Positions 27,615 to 41,410 of a stretch of 64,000 nt of DNA are shown here, one piece after another. Made by a program: the position numbers and the translations under genes. The notes under the pieces are model-generated. The model was given only the letters and a program-made list of their open reading frames with translations, was not told where the DNA came from and made no database searches. Each line of letters starts with the position of its first letter. The stretch's first letter is position 1. This stretch comes from Tubulanus polymorphus (lineage: Eukaryota > Animalia > Nemertea): contig NC_134027.1 in assembly GCF_964204645.1 (NCBI RefSeq), forward strand, positions 22,778,560 to 22,842,559. Reading direction: 5' to 3'.

Positions 27615-29210
27615 TTTGATGATTATATCATTTCCTCATTTCGTCGATTTCAACCATAGCAGTCATTCACATTACATACCGATCTAATGTTTGAAAACGA
27701 AGTTCTTCGTTTTAATACCGGTGTCACCCTACCACCGCCCAACTATTTTCTATCATCCGTATTGCAAAGAAAGCCCGGCTGTTCTTATCAAGCATCAGTC
27801 CGTCCGCAGTGCGGGTAACGTTCTGATCGATTGGAGATTCATTCGAAATCGTTACCGGATCGAGTGGGCGAAAATTAAAATGACGATCAGTACTAAGAGT
27901 GTGTGTTTTAACTTCCTCGTTGACGTACCACTATCTCCATGTATACCTATACATGTATATTACATACCTATAGCATTACAATATACTTGACAGATTGCCG
28001 TGTACGTTTATTGATTAAAACTTGTCTTGTGCCACTTTTCAGGATTTTCGAATTATTGACCCACTTTTAAGGAAGGTTCCCGTCTAGTCTTGTCCCGCGC
28101 GTTTGTATAGAACATAAAAGCGTATAGAATGTTCAGTGCCCCACGCGCATTCCCTGCAGGGCAGATCTTCGATTTCTATAAGATCTTAGATTTCTTTATT
28201 TCCAGATAAAAAAGACCATAGGTCTATTTGAAATACCAACATGTTAGGCTCCTGATCGCGCACCAAAATTGTTGGAATGTAGATAAAATCCCCGAGGTCA
28301 AAGTCCTCAATTATTCAAATTAGGTAAAAATCCTCACTTTGCGGTTTTAAAGGAACATTTTGAAGGAAAATATTTCTCGCATATCAGCCATTTATTATCA
28401 GTTCTAGGGACATTTGAAGCAAAATATTTCGTATTACGTCATATTATAGGGGATCTTTTACCCCTAACCAAAGTGTTGGCATTATGGAGTCAGCGCGTCG
28501 TCGATAGTTTTAAGGATAATCACTTATCATCTTGGGGTAGATTACTTCAAGGTCACATGAATCCAATGGTGATTAGACAAAAAATTTGTCGTAAACGTCT
28601 TCTATCTAGCTCGGTGTTTCAATTTTCAATTGCATTCAAACACAGAGCAGGCCTACGGTTTCTTATATCTTTTTCCACCAAGAAATAAATTCAGCGGAAA
28701 AATCGAGTTCTACATGTGCGTACACTCCTATACGAGTTATTCTTACAAGAACCGATACCGAATTAAAAAGCGCCATTATGAAAATCCATAGTTCTTTTTA
28801 TAATCATCTAACCACCATTGGATGATTATTTGGAACTGTACGCCTTAATATCGATTGGAATGTAGAAATACTTTATTCATGATTGGAAGGACAACGGAAA
28901 CAACACGGATATAAGCAAATATAGAATATATTTCATTACCATCACGTTGGGTATAAATAGTTTTTTTCAGTACAATACGTTTGTAATGCAAATAATAATA
29001 ATGCGATATTCAACTAACTTACAAATAAAACGCGTTATACAATAAGCAAAACACATTCAAAAAAATTTAAAAATCATGTAATTAAAGATTATTAATTCAA
29101 AGATCGTTCCTGAATGCCAGTATGGCATCATAAAAAAAGTTCTAATAGGATTTTGGTACGTTTTCTGAAAGAGTCTTTTTAATTGATCCAACCTCTCTAC
29201 AAGATAACGT

Positions 29211-30447
29211 GATGATGTCATAAGGGATTTTAGGAGGAAGTCATATTCAATGTGTGAGGTACTATATGTTATATGTAATACGTCTTGGGAGTAACGCATG
29301 TGAATATGGATTTTAGGAGGAAGCCATCTTCAATGTGTGAGGTACTATATGTAATACGTCTTGAGAGTAACTCAAGTGAATATGGATTTTAGGAGGAAGC
29401 CATCTTCAATGTGTGAGGTACTATGTGTAATACGTCTTGAGAGTAACTCAAGTGAATATGGATTTTAGGAGGAAGCCATCTTCAATGTGTGAGGTACTAT
29501 ATGTAATACGTCTTGAGAGTAACTCAAGTGAATATGGATTTTAGGAGGAAGCCATCTTCAATGTGTGAGGTACTATATGTAATACGTCTTGGGAGTAACT
29601 CAAGTGAATATGGATTTTAGGAGGAAGCCATCTTTAATGTGTGAGGTACTATATGTAATATGTCTTGGGAGTAACTCAAGTGAATATGGATTTTAGGAGG
29701 AAGCCATCTTTAATGTGTGAGGTACTATATGTAATACGTCTTGGGAGTAACATTTCGATTACAATCGAAATTCTTAATGCAAACTATACCAAATTTCGAT
29801 GAATCCAGTGGTATATCTTTCGGTGGCGATATTTGGGGCTGCCTTAGAATCTATTTCGAAGTCGATTGTTGAAAATGAACTGCGTCGATACTGACTTCAG
29901 TAAGTCGTACTATGTGGTACAGTTACTCGAGTTGAGGGTAAAATTTGCTCATGTTTGAAAATAATTGGAGGCCGGGTTTTCATACGAATTCGAAACCTAT
30001 GAAGGCAGTAATCTCTTCTTGGAGTAACTCAAGTGAATATGGATTTTAGGAGGAAGCCATCTTCAATGTGTGAGGTACTATATGTAATACGTCTTGGGAG
30101 TAACTCAAGTGAATATGGATTTTAGGAGGAAGCCATCTTTAATGTGTGAGGTACTATATGTAATACGTCTTGGGAGTAACATTTCGATTACAATCGAAAT
30201 TCTTAATGCAAACTATACCAAATTTCGATGAATCCAGTGGTATATCTTTCGGTGGCGATATTTGGGGCTGCCTTAGAATCTATTTCGAAGTCGATTGTTG
30301 AAAATGAACTGCGTCGATACTGACTTCAGTAAGTCGTACTATGTGGTACAGTTACTCGAGTTGAGGGTAAAATTTGCTCATGTTTGAAAATAATTGGAGG
30401 CCGGGTTTTCATACGAATTCGAAACCTATGAAGGCAGTAATCTCTTC
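29211..30447. repeat. 76-bp tandem array (7 copies) plus a 429-bp direct duplication containing 2 more units
   Basis: Unit GGATTTTAGGAGGAAGCCATCTTCAATGTGTGAGGTACTATATGTAATACGTCTTGRGAGTAACTCAAGTGAATAT starts at 29308, 29384, 29460 and onward. Segment 29751-30018 recurs at 30180-30447. Confidence 0.92.
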
Positions 30448-32018
30448 TACGTAGATTAACCTATAAATATCATAACAATTATCTATTGATCATTCTATCA
30501 TCGATTAAATAACTAAGATAAAAACTAATATTAGACAATATACACAAAAATAATATACATACGCATACGGTTCATAAAACACCATGATGTTGAAATAGAT
30601 ATTGTAAACGATAGCTATTTCAACAAAATATCTTTACGTCTTGTTCCTGAGTTATATACATTAGAAGAAAAACTAGCTGCTCGATATATTTTGACTATAC
30701 TTGCTGCGGGATCGACGTTCGCTACGTCGTTGAAATTGCGTGGAAAACAGAATGCTTTTGAGTTACGTATATACAATATTATGCAATTCATCATGGGTGT
30801 ACCCTTTTATCAGAGCGGAGAATCCGTTTGCCTCTAATCCTACTAATATTATTGTTAACGTGACCATTTTGGAGAGTCCGAAAACCTCCTTTTTGTCGAC
30901 GTGGTGCAATTCGGATTTACCGTTTAGCCAACCGGAGATTTCGGGCGTCATAAAAGAGCACGCCCCGTAACATTAACAGGGCCGTACTTGGCGAAGATCA
31001 TCGCCTCCAAGAAATTTAGATAAAAGTGCCCTTTTCGCGTCGGTTGCTTGTAACCTTTTTGAGAATCCTGATTGAATTCCGTCACTTGAAACCGAAATGA
31101 ATTTTGTAATAGGCGTAACAAGATTTTTGTTGCCGTTTAAAAGAAAAATATTTATAATTAGCAAAAATAACATAACGGCAATTTTTTACTCTTTATATGA
31201 GCCTCAGCGGGAACGAATTTCGAAATTTGTCTTTTCAACATGATAAAAAATCAATATTAAAGGCGCATGACACGTTAATAAAGAATCTACCTGTTTGACT
31301 ATATAGCTGCCCCCAGGAACCGGAGAACTGTGTCCAAGAGGTAGCTGGGCTAGATATAGAGGAGAGTTGACCCTGCGACCGATTGCGCGGGAAGGTACGG
31401 AAACCGGAAAAATAACCGACGATCGTGACGGCCTCCTGACCTAGAAGTTCATATCACAGTTTGAAGCCGGAACTACCCTAGTCACAGAGGATAAATACAA
31501 TCTATAGAACGTCCACCCGACTGATTGAACACGGTGTAAGAAACAATCATCGATCATCAACAACTCTGATCTGCTTCTCGAGTTCTTCGCGTTGTCTGCG
31601 TCGTTCGGCCTCTTCTGCTTCGAAACGAGCGACGAGTTCGGCTTGAACTTGCGGCTCAACGACGCGACCGAGTTCTGAGTACGTCGGAAAATCATTCAAA
31701 TCAGCACCGATGAGAACACTAGGGGGCGCTTGATGTCCGATGTTGTTAACGACGTGTAGATAGATCGGTTCTTTTATCTGATAAGAAAAAATCATTCTAT
31801 TTTTCAACAAATTCAAATCTTTTTCTACTTTTCTAACGAATAAATGCGTAGATTTGCCCCATAAACGTTTGATACTAAACCATTATATTCGAAATAAAAC
31901 GTGGTCGATTTTTTGGCGACAGTAAAAATGCCGTCATATAACAAGAATATTTTAATAAACACGACGAAAATAATGGACAATTTATTGTTGTTAGATCTAC
32001 ACTTCATGATCCAGTTCC

Positions 32019-32330
32019 AATTCAATTCAATTCAATTCAATTCAAATTTTATTGCTCACAAAAAAGTAATTTGCATAGAGCAAAAAGTACAGATTTACAA
32101 AAATTGTTTTTAACAAAATGGAAAATAAACAATAGTTCAAAAGTATTTCAAGCCTTTTCTAATTTAAAGAACTAGTTGAGAAGTTGAGACGAGTTCTTCC
32201 TGTAGAGTTTATTCACGATTATGTGTTAGAATTTGACTCATGGTTTAAAAACTATTTATCTTAAATATACTGAGCCAAATTACCTAACTGACTGTTTTGA
32301 CTTGGGTCAAAGTTTGCAATAAGCGTTTCA
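32019..32330 (-). mobile_element. Short decayed LINE 3' end with (TTGAA)n tail
   Basis: (AATTC)5 at 32019-32044 next to an AATAAA on the - strand. Degenerate ORF2-like C-terminal residues lie upstream. Confidence 0.35.
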
Positions 32331-35300
32331 TTGGGGACCTGTGGCACTCGGTCTTAGGTCCTCATAATTAGTTCACTTTCTATCAATAAACTTCGAACTA
32401 GATTTTTAGGCTCCCGAATACATACATATTAATCACAGGATCCATCATATATACCGTACATGAATTTTTGATTTTTCTAATCAGAAATGGGGAAAATGGG
32501 GAACTCGCAACGCCAGAGCTACAACATTCTTGATTGCCACAGTACGTAGGCCTAGCGGTCCGGGTACGCCATTGGTTAGTTTTCATTTATATTGATTTAT
32601 CTGAGGGTAAATTCTTACTGAAATGATGATCATAGAAGACATTGAACGCAGAATACCCGAGTAGCTACTCGCGAACCTGGCGGATCATTGCATGCCATAA
32701 GAGGAATCCTCGACTGCCGCAGTAGCGTTTGTAAGTCCCCATTCGAGCAAGATTATCAAATTCAAATCAATTAACCGTTCAAATGAAATGACTGCCTGAC
32801 TGGTTTTGATATTTACCTCATCTGCGTTGAACGCAGGGTTGTCGACACCAAAATTAACGTACTTAACGTTATCACCATCGCCATCGTGGTGAATGTCTTC
32901 ATAAGGATTCTCTTCGTCAACTGTTTGATATGGATTTTCGTCTGAAATCATACGCGTAACAACATTTAGTGAATTCAATGTATATATAATCTATGGCACG
33001 TTTTAGTTCACTAGTCTTCATATGGTAATTGAAGGTTTCATCAAATCTATACACTCTTCCCTAAAGAGTGAACATCGTTAAGCCTGCCCGTAATAGTGAT
33101 TGGATCTTTATTCCACGCCCTGTTTACTACAGTAAATCCAGCACCTTATCTGTATCGTTCCCGGCATGTGCGGTGGGTTTGCAAGGGATGCATAACTAAA
33201 TTCAAATCGGAAACAACCAATCGAATCAATGAAATAGATAAGAGGGAAAATTCCCGATTTCAAGATCAGATTCTGGAGTTAAGTCTACATCAGAACAGTA
33301 GTAAAGGAATGATAATGTCATGAAAAACTTGTTTGGAAGTGCATGCATATTTTTATTCCAACGAACAATGTACTGAGCCGCCGTTCTCACAGTCTATCCC
33401 ATTATACTGAACCACAGGCAAACAATCAAAAACCTGTACAAAGTTATGGTTTATGTTCGAGACAATAGAGACACCAGTCACCCACGCCTGCATGGCACGT
33501 TTGAGGAATATGCTTTAATTTTCCATTTTAGAAACAGTATTTTAGAGTTAGCGTATCGGACATAGTATAGTCTGATTTTCCCGTTTGGAATCGATGTACA
33601 TGTAGAACTCACCCATTTCATAGTTCACATTCTTCTCTGCTTTTTTCGCCTTCTTGCCATCACGTTTTTTATTTTTATCGACTTGCGCGTACAAAGGTGA
33701 GTAGATTGGACCAGTAGCTTCTGCACCACCCATGACTGCAACAAACGATTCAATGAAATCATGTAATCAACGAAAACATTCACATTCCCGATAACAATAG
33801 CAATTCATGCAGTAACATGATTTCAATGATCGAAGAAAATCATGATTAGTTTCCTAACTGCGTTCTTTCATTGAAAGTGACTTTATCGATTCTGTAGAAT
33901 TATCACAAATTTTCATTGACGACAATCATCGTGTTCTCAATGACTTCAACGAATCGGTTAAAATCATGATTAGTTTCTAATGGAAGCCTCTCGGCTACAC
34001 CGTAGTCTATTCACAAATACTGGTGGTAACATGCAAGACAAGATTGCTTTAATCCCTAATCTAATACACTGTAAATGGAAAAAATCGTTGTGAAAAATAT
34101 TTTTTGATTTTGTTCATTTATGTTAGTTGTTTTCATGAATCGATATTTGAAAGGTTAGAGATTTTTCCATTTCCACGGGTGTATCGGTAAGTTATTGATA
34201 AATAAAGGGCACTTGCAATTCCGTTATTCTAAAAGCATTTCACTTCCATATCATCTTGTTTACCTTGATTCTGAGATCGTTTTTTTCGTTTTGTCAACTT
34301 GTGCGTAAACCGACTATCCTGAAAATGAATATGAAAATCTATTTCGATTGCCCCTTATGATTCTCTGGCCATTGATCGACAATTTATTTTATTTTTTTTT
34401 CAAGATTTCAGATTAAGCCATCAAATATCTGATCGCCGTACACTACCGAACATTGCCGAACACCGCCGTTCACTTCGATCAGCGCGTTCAGGAATATCAA
34501 CGAACATAATCTGAATTCACCAAACGTTAAATCAACCTTTGACCTAATCGTTAGATCGATATTCATGGCGATCAAAGGACTAAAAAATTGAGATTATGAA
34601 TATCATAATTGATTTGCGGCTCGGATATACTCGGTGGTTTTCGGAAATATTCGGCGATTATCGGTCAGTTCAAAATTCGAAACGGGTTTCGTAGCATAAA
34701 GATAAACAACTCTCACCAGTTTTCTTGATTTCATCATCAGAAACTACGAATATAGAAATGAAACTACTTAAGTATTAATGTATTAGTTCTCATTCTCTAG
34801 AAATCAAAATATCCGCGATGCAGTAAGACGTAAATCCTAGAAGGAATTTTCTAATAATTTTCGTATAAATATTGCTAGCGAATTTACAATTCTGCCATTC
34901 TACTTCTTACAAGTAGTTCGAATATCGAGAAAATATCTTTATTTTTCGAAAGAGACGTGACTATATGCGGATATGGGTCGACTTTTGGGTTTTCTGTTGA
35001 CTTGCGCGTACACGTCACCTAACACGGAAAGAAAAACAAATATTTAGAAAAATCAAATTCAAATTGTACAGTTGAGATGAAACAGTTGAAATGGCTAACT
35101 TTACCTGTAGGCCCGGCTACATGTTCACCAATATCGCTGTTTGGTGGAGGGACTGAAGCTTGACTGTAAAAAGGGAAAAATATATTTATGTAGCGGGATA
35201 TGAACGATTGGAAAAGGAATCTGTTGTGTTTAGATTAAGCTAATCGAAAAGGGTAGGAAAGTTTCTATTATCGTATTGTTTTTCGAAAAATGAGATTAAG

Positions 35301-35599
35301 TCAGACCAACCTTTTCATGCGATATTTAGTCCAGATCCATCGACGCCTTTTCACGACGACGAGCACAATGACGATGAGGGCGACCAACACGACACCTAAG
35401 ACAACACCTCCGATCAATCCAACATTGGTAGTAACTGAGCGGATAAGAAAATGGGGCAAGCTCTGATAAAAGCAAGTGTCAATCCGTCTGGTTTTCACCA
35501 GACACAATTTTCGTTGAAAATAAACTAGAAATGTACTGAAAACAATAGATATTTATCTATCTTATGCATTCATCAATTTTTCAGTTTATCTTTGTACTC

Positions 35600-35838
35600 A
35601 ATGTTTGGATCGTGGTCAATTATTTAGTTTATCCAGGGAAGTGTGATGACACTTCCCTGGTTTATCTTTATATCCAACGCTCGGATAGTGGTTTGCCGCG
35701 GCTAACATTACTGGGTAGCTCAGTAAACTCGCACATCGGAACGGCATGTGTAGCCGCTCTATAGCAGCCAGCAGGACTCGAACCCAGCACTGGTATGTGA
35801 ACAGCAACTCGATCACTGACCTACGGAGTACGCTTCAA
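35600..35838 (-). mobile_element. Candidate tRNA-derived SINE
   Basis: The - strand has a B-box GGTTCGAGTCC near its 5' end and a perfect 12-bp stem-loop (35633-35660) near its 3' end. Confidence 0.45.
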
Positions 35839-36814
35839 ACTATGAGCGGTAGTTTGAACGGTTCGAATCCCGGGATTAATACACGATTATCATAAGACGC
35901 TTCATTAATCCGCGGTTACATCGAATAAACGAGACAACCACTGAATGAAGGCGTGTGGTTTTAAACGGATCACCGCGGTCAAACGGTGGATTAACCAAAA
36001 AGCCGTGGATTAAAGAAACCCATCAATAAAGGCATTTGGATTTTTGTTCATAACGTCGACCATGTGACCAAACAAAATGGCGCTATCGTGTGAACGAGAA
36101 TTCGCTCTTGTCGCGATTATTCATTTGCTACTAAAACGACGCCGTCGTCGACGACGAAGAATCCACAAGAGGAATAGAAAAAAGTTAATGTTATATCATC
36201 GGCGATCTTACCACCGCCCGAGCCAATATAGGATTTAGGAAGCAAGGATATCATAATTCGACAGTAGCCTCTTAAACACAGAGCAGAACTCTATGTATAC
36301 CTGGCTGGAACAGAAATATGTAGCCTATCTACCTGGAATTTCAATCTGATGGCTCAGAATCACGTCGCTACTCTCAGTTACAATCAGTTGGTAACTGTAT
36401 GCTCGATCGGGATCGATTTTAATCTCGATACTAATCGGATCACCGGTAGTTTCTTGTTTCGTAGAATTAAAACATTCGTTCGTATTTTTGACACAGTATT
36501 TCACGTAGACGCTGTAATTCGACGGAAACGACGACAATTTTATCAGGATACTATTTCCTTTCTGTGTTACTGTCGCTTGCTCCAATGCGGTGTTTATAGC
36601 GCTTGGAAAAGCTGAAAAAAATGAGAAAAAATAGAAACAATCGTGGCCATCATCTATTCGGAACGAGTGCGTACCGGAATCCGATATTAGTATCAGTCCT
36701 GAAAATGCCGACATCTTTGAAAACACAATGATGATATCGGTGAAATTAAACGATAGGATCATTCGGAGCAGCTCATCATCGACGGTAACAAACAGTTGAA
36801 CCAAATGAGAAACA

Positions 36815-36949
36815 GGGGCCGGTTGCATAGTCATGGCTTAGACTTAAGACCAGTCTAAGACCAACTTAGTTCTATAGCCAATCTAACAACTTAAGACCAG
36901 TCTTAAGATTTAAGACCACTTTTTGACTGAAGGACTGTGCAACTGGCCC
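36815..36949. mobile_element. PIF/Harbinger-like MITE
   Basis: CAG|GGGCCGGTTGCA...TGCAACTGGCCC|CTG: GGGCC TIRs with CWG flanks. Confidence 0.75.
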
Positions 36950-39900
36950 CTGAAATATTCAAGTAATCTACAGCGCTGAAGAATGATAATTGACTCGTGT
37001 ATCTTATGCTCTCCAATTAATGTGACTATAAGAAAGTTCAGTATCTTACCATTTGTTCTAGTTGTAACTATATCTGTGAATGGACTTGTATTAACACCGG
37101 GATTTAAGTTGATACTTTTCACTTTGAACTGATAATCAGTTGCTGGTTTTAACCCGGTTATTTTTGTTTGCACCAGTTTTCTATAACCGGGGTCGGGTAT
37201 TTCAGCTTTATTCACGAATTGTGTAACACCCGAAGCCCTGTAACTGACGGTGAACGTTTGTTTGGAATCTCCCTCGATTTCTGATACCCAACTCAGCGTG
37301 ACTGATACCGCTGTCTTAGCAATAACTGTCAGATGTGATGGTGTTTGTGGAGGTCCTGGAATAAATAAACAAACACACGACGATATTCGTAGGATAAGTC
37401 ACATGCAGCGTTGAATAGGATTCCACGTTCAGCAAAATGTAGTCTGATATAAACATTGTGTTGAGGTTAAATCTGAAGCCTGTGCTCGGCACTCCTTCAG
37501 TTACACGACACTTTGGAACGACTAGAAGAAGTTTCTCTGAAAGAATTTTGGGTTGTAATCGATCAGCGTGTTTCAGAAGAATTTCTAGAGGTGGTAAATT
37601 ATGCATGTTAGGTGTGCAATTCTAATGAAAATTATTCGAAATAGTAAATCATTCTTACTAGTGTCTATGAATTTCAGTGTTATTTCTACGCTACCAACTG
37701 AATTCTTGAGTCTAGACGAATAAGATCCATAATCAGACGCCTGAACTGATTGTATGATGACGTTCCACTGCGTTAAACTGGTACTTTTCATTACATGTCT
37801 GCCATTGGTTGAGTTATGACTGCAATTTAAAGTTGTCGCTGATGGATTCGCGTCGAAGTTAATCGTAAATTTTGCAGTTTCTTCTATTTTCGCGGCAACG
37901 GGTTCGACATTTTCTGAGAGCTTAGGTGCATCTATTGCAAAAGGAAACATGTTTGGTGAAACTGTTTTGAACCGTCTGAAAACGATTCCAATAAAAAATA
38001 GCGAGGTTATCTGGACCCAATAAGATGTATGTATTCATTCTCTGCTGCCTTTCTAAATAAAGACTTAGATTGAACATCGACAGTAGTGATATAACTGGTA
38101 GTAAAACCTCCTGTATTTGTCACTGTGCATCTGTATTCTCCAGTATCAGTTTTTGATAAATTGTCTAGTGCAAGATGATCATTTCCAGATCTTGCGATTA
38201 ACTCCCATATACTCGGTACAGTCGAGTTGAATTGTCACTTGTAAGTGTAACTATCAGGGTTTCCACCAGATGGTTCACAGTTCAACCGAATTGAATTGCC
38301 TTCTGTAACTACAGACTTTACTGGAGTCAGCGAAACAAAATCAGCCGGATCTGTAGAATAGAACCAAGTACTTATTATACAAGAATAAAGAATATTGTGA
38401 AAATACAACTTGTTTGATACAATTGAAAGAACGATACTTTAGGTGTTTTGAATAACGGTTAATAACGCGCTAATTTACACTTACACAATATAGACAATGT
38501 CGTGGAGTTGGTGACACCATTAACAGGATGACTGCTCTGATAAGCTGTACATCTATATTGTCTTCCATTCTTACCCTTATCAGTTGGAACTACAAGACTA
38601 CTGGTAGATATCAGTCCACTGTGGATTACTGCTGGATTGGGCGAAATATTTATCCACGTTGTCGTGCCAGAGCTGTACGCCCACATAATTGTAGACACCG
38701 GGTTTTGGAGTCAGTTATAGTCAGTCACGTGAAAGGGATGAAAAGGCGATTCTTTACTTACAGTGAACGGTTATTGTTGTGTCATTGTTAAGATTTCCAG
38801 TTTGACATCTGTATCGAGCCTGATTCATAGTTTTAGTTGCAGTAATAGATACTGTACTATTAGCCACAAACCCGTGATTGGCGGCACTTGTTTGACTCGT
38901 AGCTGGTTGAGAGACAAGTAGTGTCCATGTTGTAGAGGAATATATGAACCACTGAATCTGTACAGCCGGGTTTGACGAGTCAGTTCTACACTCTATCTGT
39001 TGATTATCGTTTACTAATACATAATCTGCCGGTTTCTTATCAATTGTCAACTTTGTTGCTTGAACTAAAAATGAATTCATTTCTATTGATGTGGCTGTTT
39101 TCGACAATACGAGGAGCAATTTTTGTTGTTATTATTAAATGAAATGAACCATGGAAATGCACATAATGATTACTTCTACTGAAACTACTGTAGTTTTGGA
39201 CGAAATGATGGATCATCGTAAAAACGTTACATGTCCAACACTTACACAATATAGACAATGCAGCCGTGGAGTTGTCGACACCATTAACAGGTTGATTGTT
39301 CTGATAAGCTGTACATCTGTATTGTCTTCGATTCTTATCCTTATCAGTTGGTACTACTAGACTACTGGTAGATATCTGTCCGCTGTGAGATCCGGTTTTA
39401 TGATTTACTTCTGGGTTGAGTAAAATATACATCCACATCGTCCCAGAGCTGTACGCCCAAACAATCGTAGACACCGGGTTACTGGAGTCAGTTGTACACG
39501 TCAGAGTTTTCGATGTACCGTGAACAACTGGACCGTTTGGAATTTCAGTCAGTGTAATTGACTCGGGTGGAACTGTAAATGAACATTGAAAGCCATGATT
39601 TATACTTCATTAAACGTCACGTGAAAGATATGAAAAAGTGATTCTTTACTTACAGTGAACGGTAATTGTTGTATCCTTGAAGAGATATCCAGTTTGACAT
39701 CTGTATCGAACTTGATTCATAGTTTTAGTTGCAGTAATAGATAATGTACTAGTAGCCACAAACCCGTGATTGGTTCCAGTAGTTTGAATCGTAGCTGGCT
39801 GAGAGTCAAGTAGTGTCAATGTTGCAGAGGATGTGAACCACTGAAACCATTGAATCTGTACAGCCGGGTTTGACGAGTCTGTTTTACACTCTATCTGTTG

Positions 39901-40544
39901 ATTATTGTTTACTAACACATAATCTTCCGGTTTCTTTAGTGGCATTGTCAGTGTTGTTGCTGAGACTAAAAAGAAATTGATACCATTTTTGTCCAAATTC
40001 AGGGGGTGGGGGACGTTGACGTTGCAAACGGCAGAATAACATTCACTTCATGAGAATAATGAGTGATTTGTACACTATCTGATCTGTAGTACTTCTGTTT
40101 TTGAACCAAAGCGTACCTGAATAAACTAAAGAGCATAACGATTTATTTATTAACTATCCGTAGTACTTACAGGTGACATTCAATTTGACTTTATTAGAAA
40201 TCACTGGTATCGGTATACCAGCCCCAGTAGCTGTACATTGATATTCTGCCTGGTTATCTGTTCTAGTGACGGATGTTGAATATTTCAAAGGGCTAACTCC
40301 CTGTTTGACAGTGCTGCCCCCTGGTGTTCTAGTTATGGCGAGGTTCGGTACCGGGTTACCGCCAGTAGTTGTACATGTTAAATCAACAGATGTTGATTCC
40401 TGAACGGATGACGTCGGTCCTTGTAATGTTACACTAGCAGGCGGGTCTGAAATGAGGGACATTAAATTTGTATTAAAAAATCTTATCATTCTAACGTACA
40501 TTGAGATTGCGAGAAACACAATAAGGTGGAATTTTGTCACCTCT

Positions 40545-41410
40545 CCTTTTTTGTATATATTTAAATGACCTTAGTGTCAAACTCAATTCTTTCAATATTG
40601 GCTGCATAAACTATGGTACTCTAATAAATCATTTAATATATGCCGACGACATTTGCATTTTTTGTCCGTCTGCAAAGGGTCTACAAACTCTAATCAATAT
40701 GTAATAACTATGCAAGCCAGCATGACATAACATTTAATATAGATAAAACTCAGTGTATAGTTTTTAAGCCATCTGGCTTCGTTTTCTATGGCAATGTTGT
40801 GCCGCCAGTGTATATGAATAATTGCCTCATAAAATATGTAAATGATGTAAAATATCTAGGATATTACATTTCATCTGCTTTATCTGATGATGCAGACATG
40901 ATTAATCAAAGCAAATTGCTCTGCATCCGTGCAAACTCTATTATCCGTAAATTTTCTTCCTGCAGCAATGTTGTGAAAAACAAACTGTTTTCTAGCTATT
41001 GTACGCCCTTTTATAGTATGCCTATTTGGTCAAATTTTTCTAAACAAACTTACAACCGCTTACGTGTGTGTTTCAATAATGCGTTCAGGCGCCTGCATCA
41101 TTTTGAACCGGGGTGTAGGGCTTCCGCAATGTTTTTCAATAATCATGTGAAAAGCTTCGGCGAGATTTACCGCAAAATAGTCTACTCTATTGAATCCGGT
41201 ATTCTGTCTCATCCAAACACTCTTGTTCAATTGATCTCTAGCTCAATTTCATTCTACTTTTCATCACTATTTAAAACATCGGACAGTATACTGTACACAT
41301 AATAAAGTCGTGTCCTTAAAACAGTGCTATGTATTTTGTATATTTATCATAATAATATTTTTGTAAAAAAAAAAATTGTTATATGGACTTATGTCTGAAA
41401 TAAAACATAA
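40545..41410 (+). mobile_element. 5'-truncated, disrupted non-LTR retrotransposon RT 3' fragment (RTE-X/Proto-like)
   Basis: NHLIYADDICIFCPSAKGLQ at ~40627-40686. ORF 40799-41302 has VKYLGYYI and LFSSYCTPFY. The 3' end reads TCTGAAATAAA. Confidence 0.8.

Larger units (their letters stand above)
31547..40446 (-). pseudogene. Ig-superfamily receptor 'gene B': 5'-truncated paralogue of gene C with several inactivated exons
   Basis: Ig exons: 40446-40171, 39965-39654, 39572-39246, 39064-38762, [~38718-38485, 5' deleted], [38350-38069, TGA and dead donor], 37931-37659 (Cys>Ser). FN3 37355-37050; FN3-like 36611-36333; TM 35434-35311. Tail exons: 35163-35105, [35018-34911, TAA], 34743-34717, [34318-34264, TAG and frameshift], 33735-33613, 32941-32817, 31777-31547. 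No signal or V exon was found upstream before the LINE block. Confidence 0.7.

Noticed and set aside
38235-38237. TGA as selenocysteine or readthrough codon
   Set aside because: It replaces the conserved Ig Trp (TGG>TGA) and the same exon has a destroyed donor, so simple inactivation is more parsimonious.
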